In this document: positions 10,729 through 22,376 of the stretch, one piece after another
How the letters are laid out: the number at the start of each line of letters is the position of its first letter
Numbering within the stretch: the stretch's first letter is position 1
Assembly (NCBI RefSeq): GCF_002105155.1
Contig: NW_019028993.1
Span: 434,001-498,000, forward strand
Origin: Lobosporangium transversale
Lineage: Eukaryota
DNA length: 64,000 bases
Direction: 5' to 3'
Notes under the pieces: generated by a model
The model's input: only the letters and a program-made list of their open reading frames with translations
Database searches by the model: none
What the model was told of the DNA's origin: nothing
Position numbers and translations under genes: made by a program

Positions 10729-13080
10729 TATATTTCCATTTTTCGCACGTATTCCAGACTGAAACCAATCCTTCTTGGCCTTCTATGCGTGTTACTGAGG
10801 CCATGAACCATCTTTCTCCTATGCACTCGGGTCTCTTTTGACACCTATTTTGCGGTGCATGTGTGTGAATGCACCTCTGTGAGCATTCAAGCATGGATGG
10901 GACACTTCAACCACAGTTTGCATAATTGCCTGAGTTTATAAAGTTTATGTCAATATTTGGATATCCCAGATTGACCCTAACTTACAAACATTTCTGTTTG
11001 TCCGTCTCCTGTATTTTCTTACTAGTCGCTCAAATCTCTCGGTAATTTCGTCAATGTCAAGACCGCAGGCCTATGGGGTACCTACGAAGAAGGTCTGGCC
11101 TTTGTTAGTTCCTTCGGATCAGACGTTCCTAAAACACTTGTCTGGCTAGGCTCATCTATTGGCAATCTGACCCGGGTAGAGGCACAAGAGTTTATTACTT
11201 CCTATCGCAAGACGCTCAATGTTGGTGATAACTGGATCATTGGGATCGATCGTCGTAATGATCCGCAAGAAATCACTATCGCATACAATGACCCGAAGGG
11301 TGTTACCCGCGATTTTATAATGAATGGCCTGGACCATATCAACGTCATACTGAAGCAGGACTTTATCGACCGCAACAAGTTCCAATATTTCGCTCAGTAT
11401 AATGCCGAGCTCGGTCGTCATGAGGCTTACTATCAAGTGAAAGAGGCCCACGAGCTCGTTTACAAAGAGACGACGGAGTCGGGTATGGAAAGACAAAGTC
11501 GTATTCCACTTGTAAAAGATGAGCTTATCAATGTAGAATATTCGTACAAATGGTCCCTTGCAGAGACGACAGAGCTTTTTGAACAGACTGAGATGACCAG
11601 GATTGCCCAGTTCACGAGTCCCAGTAATCGATATGATCTTCATATTGTCCGCAAGACCCCATTCTATTTCAAGGCGACATCAGAGTCATCACCTGCATGC
11701 CCTTCGCAGCAGGAATGGACTGAGCTCTGGAAGTCCTGGGATTTGATCACCATGTCGATGATCCAACATCCATCGATGCTCTTGGAGAAACCCATTGCGC
11801 TGCGTCATCCCTTCCTTTTCTACTTGGGTCACATCCCTGTCTTTCTGGACACTCAGCTCTCGAGGGTGCTTAATGAAGAATATTCTGAGCCCAAGTATTT
11901 CAATTTGATCTTTGAGAGAGGCATTGATCCTGATGTGGATGATCCTACCAAATGCCATGCCCATTCAGAAGTGCCAGATACCTGGCCTGAAATCGAGTCC
12001 ATCATTGATTTCCGCGATCGCGTCCGGAAACGACTGTTTGCAGTTATGGACAACAAGGAGAAGTATCCCATGACCCGCCGGCTAGCCCGTGTGTTGTTCA
12101 TGGCGTTTGAGCATGAAGTAATGCACTTAGAAACCCTTATGTACATGTTGGTTCAATCACCCAACACTCTCCCTCCTCCATCACTTCCTGCGTCTTGGTC
12201 AACTACCAAGGCATCTACTACCAACGCTACAAATCCTTCACAGGCCCCTGTTGCTTCTTGGATTACTATTGATCCTTCTCAGCTGGATAAGGCTATCCTC
12301 ACACTTGGTCATGATGATTCAGAAGCAGAAGATTTTGGGTCAAAGAAGAGCGATCTTCAGTCTGAATTCGGCTGGGACAACGAACATCCCTTGGTCACGA
12401 CTAGAACACCACCACCAACTTTTAAGATCCAGTCTCGTCAAGTGACTAATACGGAGTATCTGACATATTTACAAGCAACAAGTGATGACTCCATCAAATT
12501 TAAGAAGGATGATCGGATTCCGGCTTCCTGGCTAATCAAGGATGACATTTTCATTAAGACCGTTTATGGACCCGCACCCATGTCTGTAGCAGGAGATTGG
12601 CCTGTGTCATGCTCTCAAATTCAGGCTAAGGGTTACATTGCATGGCTTTCTGAACAACGTGCTCAAAATTACGGACTTCCTACAGAGCATGAGCTCTCCA
12701 TCGCCCTGAAACTGAAGCAATCAACTGCTCCTAGGACCGGTCTTGGAAACTATGGATTCCGTCAATGGTATCCAGCGCCAAATGAACAGAAGTCATCTAT
12801 CTCTACTGGAACTGCAACCATTGCTGACTTCAGTGGCCCTGGAGCCTTATGGGACTGGACTTGCACACCTTTTGCTCCATTGGTAGAACGAGATGCATTT
12901 GAGACCTCCAAGCTGTATCCTGGATATTCAAGCGACTTTTTTGATGAGAAGCATATGGCCGTTCTCGGTGCATCTTGGGCAACCCATCCAAGGGTCGCAG
13001 AACGCCGTAGCTTCAGAAACTGGTATCAGTCCAACTACCCATTTGTCTTTGCTGGCTTCCGTCTTGTAGAGCGTATGTAA
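9339..13080 (+). CDS. EGT1: Ergothioneine biosynthesis protein 1 (histidine trimethyltransferase EgtD + sulfoxide synthase EgtB fusion); exons 9339-9922, 10050-10149, 11026-13080 (912 aa)
   Basis: EgtD motifs KTIPTMVLYDDRGLQLFDDIT..YYLT, VELGAGS, WLGSSIGN and AYNDPKGVT. EgtB motifs LRHPFLFYLGH, FERGIDPDVDDP, HEVMHLE (iron ligands), FGWDNE and YPGYSSDFF. Confidence 0.95.
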
Positions 13081-13538
13081 TAGAGTAAAAAAAGAATACA
13101 CATAAAATAAACTTTTTTAATAAAATATAATAAAATAAAATAAAATAAAATGGCTCTTTCTGAAATATTCAATTCAGGTAGGCACCGCCATTTTTAGGAC
13201 TATGGAGGGGTATTCCAAATATCGGTTGTAAGAACGACATGTCCCCGCAAATTTGGACCCACTTTTTTTTTTTTTTTTTTGCCATTTCAGGGTATTCACT
13301 CGGCACTTGAACAGAACCAGGGACTGAGGCGTGATGGGAAATGGACTATCCATAGACTAATGAAGTAGCGTGCGAAAATAGCGCACACAGACAGGAGAGA
13401 CAAATAAAGGGGGAGTGATCTCTATTCTCTCTTTCTCTCTCAACCGCCTTATCTATTTCACATTTCTAAACTTCTTTCCATTCGCCTTCGCAAAAAGTAA
13501 AAAAGAAAAAAAAAAAAAAAAAAAAAAAAAAAACATTC

Positions 13539-15673
13539 ATGGCATCCAGGATTTCCATCACTGAACTCGCACAGGAATGGTTGCGTCTTGATCAGGTACA
13601 GCATCAGGATGTTTCAGTCTTGATTGTTCATGGAGGCTATAATGCCGTCCCTTAAACTTTTTTTTTAATGGACAATTTCATGAACATTCTAATGTTAGAA
13701 TCCAGAGACCCGCAAGGAGATTTCGACTTTACTTGAGACCAACAACAATGCAGAGTTGGAGGCTCGTCTTCGAAACCACATCGAATTTGGCACTGCTGGT
13801 ATGATGTCCTTGCGTTTGCAACTTTAAAGAAGAGGCAGATTCCTCAAGGGAATTTTATGTTTTAACTAATTCATCTCTAATCTCCTCATATCTTGTCAAA
13901 CAATAGGTTTACGTGCTTCAATGGAAGCAGGGTTCTCTCGCATGAACGACCTGACTGTCATCCAGGCCTCACAGGGATTGTGTCTATATGTATTGGAGCA
14001 TGTTAAGGATGCAAAGGAGCGTGGTGTTGTCATTGGTCATGACCATCGTCATCACTCCAACGACTTCGCCCGCCTCACAGCTGGTGTGTTCCTCTCCAAG
14101 GGCGTCAAGGTTTATGCGTATAAGGATCTAGTCCACACACCTATGGTGCCCTTTGGTGTCAAATCATTGAATGCTGCTTGCGGTATCATGATTACTGCTT
14201 CGCACAACCCCAAGAAGGACAACGGATACAAGGTTTATTGGGGAAATGCATGCCAGATTATTCCTCCTCATGACGAGGGTATTGCCAAGATGATCCTCGA
14301 TAACTTGGATCCCTGGGTTTGGGACTACAAATCCTTTGAAAACCCAGCACTTATTGACCCTACAGATAAGCTTGTTCCTGCCTACTTTGACCAGGTTGAG
14401 AAGCTATGCATTGCCAAAGAAGATAATGCAGCATCCGACACTAAGTTTGTATACACTGCGATGCATGGAGTCGGTTACCCATTTGCAAAGCAAGTCTTTG
14501 AACGTTTCGGATTTAAGCCTTTGATCCCAACGAAGGAGCAGATTGAGCCGGACCCAGAGTTCCCTACAGTTGTTTTCCCTAACCCAGAAGAAGGAAAAGG
14601 AGCACTTGCATTGGCATTCAAGACCGCTGATGAAGTTGGAGCTACAGTCGTGTTTGCAAATGATCCCGATGCGGATAGATTCACGGTGGCAGAGAAGCAG
14701 GACAATGGAGAATGGATCTTATTTACTGGCAATCAGATCGGAACTATGTTTGCATGCAATGCTCTCGAAAATTGGCGATCATCTGGCAAGAGTGATGGTA
14801 TTTTTTTTTTCTTCAACTTCAACTTCATCTTCTTCAAACAGGGTTGTTTGAGAACGCTACATGCTACAGGATGACTAATGATTATAATTTTATTTTTGTC
14901 CGCATGTCCTTCCTATAGCCAAGGTTGCAATGCTTTGCTCAACAGTCTCTTCCAATATGTTGGCCAAAGTTTCAAAGACTGAGGGCATCCATTGGGAAGA
15001 TACTCTCACTGGATTCAAGTGGATTGGTAACAGAGCCATCGACCTGGAGAAGGAAGGTTACAATGTCATCTTTGGATATGAGGAGGCTATTGGGTTCATG
15101 TTGGGGGATATTGTCCGCGACAAGGATGGTGTTAGTGCTTTAGGATGCTTTGCTCAGATGACCGCTGCGCTTTATAAGAAAGGAGTAAAGATCTCAGGCT
15201 ACCTTGACAGCCTCTATAAGAAGTATGGCTATTTTGTGTCTGCCAACTCTTACTTTATTTGCTATGAGAAAGAGACGATTGACAGGATCTTCAACAAAAT
15301 GCGATTTGGCGCTTCGCCGCAGAATGATGAAACAGGTCGATTCTCTCACAAACCCACATATCCTACTCACATCGGACCTCACAAGGTGACAAATGTGCGT
15401 GATCTAACTCTGGGCTACGACACCTCAAAGAAGGACGGTGTCCCAACATTGCCTGTCTCTCCTTCAGCACAAATGATTACATTCTATCTCGAGAATGGAT
15501 GCGTGTTCACGCTGCGCACGAGCGGAACAGAACCCAAAATCAAGTATTATCTGGAGGTCTCCTCATCAACACAACAAGAAGCAGAACTGCAAGCTAAAGA
15601 GATTGAAGCAGCAATGTGCAGCCAATTGCTTGAACCGGAGGTCAATGGTCTGCAATATCGTGTATCAGCATGA
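13539..15673 (+). CDS. PGM2: Phosphoglucomutase-2 / phosphopentomutase (PRM15/PGM2 type); 4 exons
   Basis: FGTAGLR (spliced), ITASHNP phosphoserine loop, DPDADR metal site, GYEEAIG and RTSGTEPKIKYY. Confidence 0.9.
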
Positions 15674-15881
15674 AGAAACAAGCCTTCTGGTGCATCATCA
15701 CACGATAAATGAATGAAAATAAACTTTCTTTTTCTCCACTTCTTGGTGTATGAATTTATGCTGGCTGACCTATTGATGAGCTCATGTGCTGCATAAAAGA
15801 AACCCATTTTATTTACTTTTTGACTGGTCTTTTATTTTTATAACGAACAAACACAAACACAATTCAAATTCGGAATTAGCA

Positions 15882-18519
15882 ATGTCGGCTGCACTAGGCC
15901 GCATTCTCTGCAATAATGCTAGAACATGGAGTACATTCTATAGAACTTGTCCTAGGACAATACGGTCAATACCACGACGTGCGGGCGCCTCCTTTCTTAC
16001 GACCCACGCTCGCCCTGCGTCTGGAGTAAACACGCAAACGCAAAGTTCGGCAGCAGCAGTGGCACCACGACTACTCAATGATAACCTAGCAGCAGCATTG
16101 ATGACCACAACGACACCATCACTCCGTGAGTTGTTCGATAGTCCAGCAGTGTCAAGTTCACGGTCCAAACATGCCTCAGCCTCTGCACCAGAGGGCTTGT
16201 TTTTGTATCCGAATTTGAAAACACCTCAAACTTTTTTGGATTCAGTGAATGCAGCGATTGCGCGAGGTCATTTGTTAGTGGAGAGGATTGCAAATGCACC
16301 TGAACGAGGTGAACATGAGATGCGAAAGGTGATCAAGTTATTCGACCGACTGAGTGACGTGCTCTGTAAGGTGATTGATGCAGCAGAGGTAGTACGGTGT
16401 CTCCACCCTGATAATGCATGGCGTCAAGGAGCAGAGACTGTCTATGAGGAACTCTTTTCATGGATGAATACCCTCAACACGGATCCAAGACTATACAATG
16501 TAGGTTTCTCTATGCTTCATTCTTTTTTTTTTTATTTTTATTTTTTTGCTCTTCTGAAATATATGCGTAATTTTAAAAAAAACCAACAACCTTTTCATTT
16601 AGGTTCTCCATAAAGTTTTGAATACCCCAAGCATCGCAGAAGGACTTTCGGAGGCAGAACGACAGGTGGCGGTTGTGTTTCTACGCGATTTTGAAAAGTC
16701 CGGTATTCATCTTTCGGATGCAAAGCGTGCACAATTTGTTTTGCTCTCGGATAAGATTGTAGGGTTAGGCAGGGATTTCATGCAGAATTCATCGACACCT
16801 GGTCCAGGACCGGCTTTTATCCCCGTCAGTCCACCTTCGCGTCTCCAGGGACTTGCACCGAGTTATATTCAACGGATCACGAGGACGAATAAACATGGCG
16901 AAAAAGTGGCCATCGTGCCAACCACAGGATGGGAATCACAGATGGTGTTGAAGCATGTGGAGGATGAGAAAGTCCGTCGAGACATGTATGTGGCTAGTAT
17001 GGCGGAGGATAAGGCCAAAGTGGCCGTCTTGGATGATTTACTGACGACACGATATCAATTGGCACAACTAGTGGGCTTACCCAGTTATGGACATATGTTT
17101 CTAGGTGACAAAATGGTTAAAAACCCTGAGAACGTGAGTGCATTCTTGCAGACGTTGCGCAAAAGTCACCAAGCAGAGGTGGATGGAGAATTGATGATGT
17201 TGGAAAAGGCGAAGAAGATGCATACAAAGGATAAAGATGCTAAGCTGATGGCATGGGACAGGGATTTCTATATTCGTTTGGTGAGCAGCAGGACGAATAC
17301 AATGCCTCATGGAGACCCTATCTCAGCTTATTTTTCAGTAGGAACAACGATGGATGGTCTGTCAACGCTCTTTTCACGTCTTTATGGGATCAAGTTTGTG
17401 CCCGGGACCGTCCAGCCAGGAGAGACGTGGCATGATGATGTTCAGAAATTGGATGTGGTGGACGAGCATGAGGGACTTATTGGAACCATCTACTGCGATC
17501 TATACGGACGTTCGAGTAAACAGTTGAATGCTGCCCATTATACCGTACGCTGTTCACGGCGAGTGGATGATGATGATGAAGAACATGATATTGCAGAGGG
17601 AATGGTGTTGCGTGAAGGAATCGAGCTTGCAATGGCGGATCCTGGTGTTCGTATGGTTGGTAAAGAAGGACGGTACCAACTTCCACTGGCTGTGTTATCT
17701 TGTGGATTTTCTAGACCTGCAGGAGGTAAACCAGCATTGCTAAGCTGGGTGGAGGTCGAAACGCTCTTTCATGAGATGGGACACGCTATGCACTGTAAGT
17801 TCTAATTATTCTCTTGTAATATTTGGATTACCCAAGGTTGTATATCGTTACTGATGTTCTATTATTATTATCAATAATACTATGGTCTAGCCATGATTGG
17901 AAGAGCAGACTACCATAATGTGGCCGGAACAAGGTGTCCAATCGATTTTGTAGAGATCCCATCGATCTTGATGGAGCACTTTTTGGCAGATCCTGCAGTC
18001 CTAGGACTATTTGCAACTCATCATCAGACAGGGGCACCCTTACCAGCAGGACTATTGATGGCTCACCAGGCTAATAGGTCGACCTTCCAGGCCATTGAGT
18101 TGCATTCTCAAATGTCGATGGCCATGCTAGATCAACTGTACTACTCACCGATCGTTGGCGAGGCTTCATTTAATTCGACAAAAAGTTTGGAAGACTTACA
18201 GAGGGCTATTGGAGTAGTACCGCCGGTACCAGGGACTGCCTGGCAGACAGGATTTGGGCATTTGTATGGGTATGGAGCTGGGTATTATTCGTATTTACTT
18301 GGAAGGACCGTAACAGGCCAAATATGGAATAAAGTATTCAGATCGTCACCAACGTCAAGGAAAGCTGGAGAGAGGCTGCGGGAACATGTCCTCAAATGGG
18401 GCGGAGGTAAGGACCCCTGGGAATGTCTTGGAGGCCTACTAGCAGACGAGCGACTGACGAAGGGTGATCAAGAATCTATGAGGATAGTAGGTGACTGGGG
18501 TACGCGGAAGAGCAATTGA
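15882..18519 (+). CDS. OCT1: Mitochondrial intermediate peptidase (M3 family); 3 exons
   Basis: FDRLSDVLCKVID, DFEKSGIHL, FHEMGHAMH (HExxH), GTRCPIDFVEIPS and FGHLYGYGAGYYSY, with a presequence-like N-terminus. Confidence 0.92.
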
Positions 18520-19012
18520 GCCTGGGTTTTTGGCCCTGGTTGTATAGTTTTATGAGATTAAACCCGACCATGGTTGTATAAATACTAAATAACCATTTCG
18601 ACTAAAAAATAAGCCTCCAAAGCTCAACTTTTCGTTTTGACAAAGACGACACAAGATGACTCCTTTCGTTGGAGCCATAGAGTATGAAAGACGCATCGGC
18701 CAATCATCGTATGTGCGCATGAGAAATAAATGAAAAAAGTCAAACAGTCACCCACAGACAAGCTGTCAAGAGGGTACAAGGCTAAAGTGAAAAAAAAGAC
18801 ATTGATCCTCCTCTTTTCCTTCCTTGACTAAAAAAAAAAAAAAAAAAAAATCACTTTTGAAGCTCAGGACTAATATTCCAAGAGGATCAGAGGGAGCTTT
18901 ACAAAAAAAAAAAAGATTAAAAAAAATCGTGGGTCAAGACTGAGGACAAAAAAAAAAATTTGAGTTCAAGTATTTATTTGCTGTTATTACACCAGAATAG
19001 ACCTAGCATCTC

Positions 19013-21563
19013 ATGGATCAGCATCAGAAAAGCAATGAGGCCATCGTTGACCTCCCCATGACAGACAAGATCTGCATTCGCGACCTTACTGTCCGGAACA
19101 TTATCGGAGTCGATGCCTGGGAACGCTCTAAGCGCCAACCTATCATCATTAACATCGTCGTTTACACCAGTGTATCACAGGCTGGAGATACAGATCACTT
19201 GGTAAATATCCAACAAGTTGCCCATCATCGTCTACTACTTTTTTTTTTTTGTTTTATTCAAGAGAACAGTACTAATGTAAAACTTTTTTTTTTTTTTTGT
19301 GATACAATTAGCCCTACTCAATTCACTATGGTGTTCTCTGCAAGACGGTGGAGGCGCATTCCGAAAAGACCGAGTTCCGCTCTGTCGAAGCCTTGGCAGA
19401 CTCAATTGCCCGCGTCGTTATCACTAAATGTCACGCACCTAAACTCACGATTCGGATTGATAAGCCTCGCGCTTTGTTGCATGCAGCCTCTGCAGGTGTT
19501 GAAATCACTCGATCCCGCTCAGATTACACAGAGGAGCAGCTTGCTGGGACAGCCATTAGTCCTCTCCGATTTAATCATGAGGACATTATCTTTGTCAAGG
19601 ATTTAAAGTTGTCCTGTATTATCGGCGTGAACCCTTGGGAACGTGAAGAGGAGCAAGTCGTCGTGGTGAATTTGAAGATTTATCCAGGATTCGACGATAC
19701 CTCGGATCGTAAGGCAGATTATGTCTCAAAGACACACAACTACCGTACAATTGTGAGAACGATCACAAAATACATTGAGGCTTCTGCTTATAAGACCGTA
19801 GAGGCCTTCGTGACTTCTGTGGCCAGGATTGCGATTGAGAAGTGCCATGTGAGTAAGATCACAGTCAAGGTGGAGAAACCCAGTGCAATCGTGTTTGCTG
19901 GTTCCGCAGGTGTGGAAATTACACGCGATCGCGCCTTCTTTGCCAATGCATCCCAGGCAGCGAGGACTCATGCAAGACGTGCTTCCCATACCTCAGCCAT
20001 CCCTGGTTTAGCTACATTGGGTGTAGGCCTCAAGGTTGAGGCCCGTGGACCTGTTCCGGCTCATCTAACTCATGTAGTCTACCTGGCTTTGGGATCCAAT
20101 TTGGGAGATTCCGCAGCTAATTTGACAAATGCACTTCGAAAACTAGAGCAAGGTGAACATGTGCGTGTTGTGGATACCTCGTTCTTGTATGAGACTCCAC
20201 CTATGTATGTGACAGATCAACCATCGTTCTTGAACGCAGCTTGTAAGATTATGACGGATTTGAAGCCGTTGGATCTATTGAAGAAGATCAAGGAGATCGA
20301 GACGGAGATGGGTCGAGACTTTAACACGATTCGAAATGGACCTCGTCCAGTCGATATTGATATCTTGTTGTATGACCATATTGAGTATCATGATGATGTC
20401 TTGACCATCCCTCATGCGGCCATGCAGGAGCGCGAGTTTGTACTTCGACCACTTTGCGAGTAAGTTACATGTTAATTGCAGCTATTTCATGATTCATGTG
20501 TTTCATGCGGCATTTTACTACTTGATATTGAAACTTTATTTTTTATTTTATATTTTTTTTTTTTTTGTAAAAAAAAAGCATTGCCAAGGATGTGGAACAT
20601 CCCAAATTGTATCGCCATATCAATCAACTGTTGTCACAGTTGCTACTCAAGCAACAAGAGAACAAGTCTGCTATTACCAAGAGCGATATCATCCATAAAT
20701 CAATTCCTTTGCGTGGGAATATTGTACATTGGGATGCAAAGACGCTGATTATGGGTATTTTAAATACAACTCCAGATAGCTTCAGTGATGGTGGCAACTA
20801 CAGCACCCCTGAAGCAGCAGCTCTTCGTGCACAGCAGCTAGTAGACGATGGTGCAGATATCATTGATATCGGTGGAATGTCGACTCGTCCAAATGCTCCA
20901 GAAATTTCAGAAGAAGAAGAGATTGAACGAGTAGTTCCTGTGATCTTACTGCTTCGTTCCCGCGGATTCAAGACACCTATCTCTGTGGATACATTCCGAG
21001 CTAGTGTAGCCGACAAGGCGATCGAGGCTGGAGCAGATTTAATTAACGATGTCTCTGCAGGTCGTCGAGATCCCATGATGTACAGCGTGATGGCCAAATG
21101 GCAGGTACCAGTATGCCTGATGCATATGCGTGGGGACTCCAAGACCATGATGTCTCAGACAGATTATGGGGAAAAGAATGATGTGGTAGGAGAGATCTCT
21201 CGAGAATTGAACAAGTCGATCGAGGGAGCGATTGCAGCAGGCCTCCATCGTTGGAATATCATTGTGGACCCTGGTATTGGATTTGCAAAAGATAGTGATC
21301 AAAACTTGCAGGTGTTGCGTCGTTTACCTGAGATGATCCAAGATCCTTCAAGCCCTTTGGCAGGCTATCCTTGCTTAGTTGGACCCTCCCGAAAGGCCTT
21401 TATTGGACACTTGACACAACAGAAAGACGCAACGAAGCGTACATATGGCACTGCAGCCGCTTGCACAGCATCTGTAGCTGGCGGTGCCAGTATCGTTCGA
21501 GTACATGATGTCAAGGAGATTCGAGATGTGATCAAAGTCTCAGATGCCATTTGGCGCGCGTAG
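19013..21563 (+). CDS. FOL1: Trifunctional folate synthesis protein (2x dihydroneopterin aldolase, HPPK, dihydropteroate synthase); 3 exons
   Basis: Two DHNA repeats (IIGVDAWER, IIGVNPWER). HPPK: YLALGSNLGD, GPRPVDIDIL. DHPS: MGILNTTPDSFSDGG, VDPGIGFAK, GPSRK, VRVHDV. Confidence 0.95.
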
Positions 21564-21965
21564 GCGTGAGGAAAAGGCGGAAGGAAGTCATGCTGGACTT
21601 GAGAACAAGCGGGCTGTGACAGGTAGATTTGTTCATTTAGTCAGACAATTTACGCGATATGATTAGTGAAATATAAGGATTGGCATAATCTCATATGACA
21701 TAGAAATGTGAAGCGCAGACATGAGAACCTATGATCTATTATTGCAAGTGAGTGAGAGAAGATGGTTCCCATTGTCCCCTGTAAACCAATGATGTCATTA
21801 TAAAATTACTATTAAAATTATTTTGGGATACCATTGGCCCCCTCACTATGCCATTATTTCAAGATGATCCTCGAATCACAGACCCATTTTTAAAATTTGA
21901 AAAAAAAAAAAAAAACTAATCATGGTGAGGTCATGATGATCAATGTCCCTGTGCAAAAAAAAAAG

Positions 21966-21973
21966 TATATAAA
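21966..21973 (+). promoter_or_regulatory. TATA box of CsbD-like gene copy 1
   Basis: TATATAAA about 110 nt upstream of ATG 22083, followed by a C/A-rich leader. Confidence 0.5.
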
Positions 21974-22082
21974 GGCTTTCCTCAAGACTTTCTACTCCAA
22001 CTCATAACAACATCAAATAACAATAACAAACAACAAACAACAAACAACAAACAACAACTCACCACGCAAAAAAAACTTCAAT

Positions 22083-22376
22083 ATGTCCAACATGTCTGAC
22101 CGTCTCTCCAACGCCGCCAACTCCACTATTGGAGGTGCCAAGCAAGCTATTGGCGAGACCATTGGCAACCCAAACCTTGCTGCCTCAGGAGCTGCCCAGA
22201 AGACCCAGGCCGATACTGCCCAAGCTGCTGCACAAGCTAAGACTCATGCTGAAGGCCTCGGCGATCAAATTAAGGGCCGTGCCCAGCAAGTTGTCGGATC
22301 CGCTACTGGTGATCGCGAGCTCCAGACAAAAGGCCATGCCAACGAATTCGAGGGCGATATTGAGCGCATTGTCTAA
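22083..22376 (+). CDS. CsbD-like / LEA-like small stress protein (copy 1)
   Basis: Intronless, 97 aa, with two repeats of the G..KQ..G...GN..L...G pattern (GGAKQAIGETIGNPNL; GRAQQVVGSATGDREL). Confidence 0.8.
   Translation: MSNMSDRLSNAANSTIGGAKQAIGETIGNPNLAASGAAQKTQADTAQAAAQAKTHAEGLGDQIKGRAQQVVGSATGDRELQTKGHANEFEGDIERIV

Noticed and set aside
10150..11025. TPP riboswitch, METTL16 UACAGAGAA hairpin or C/D snoRNA in the EGT1 intron
   Set aside because: None of the consensus elements could be found by eye. Only a covariance-model search could exclude divergent versions.
22028..22058. AACAAAC repeat considered as a CRISPR or telomere-like array
   Set aside because: No spacers. It is a simple repeat in a eukaryotic 5' leader.
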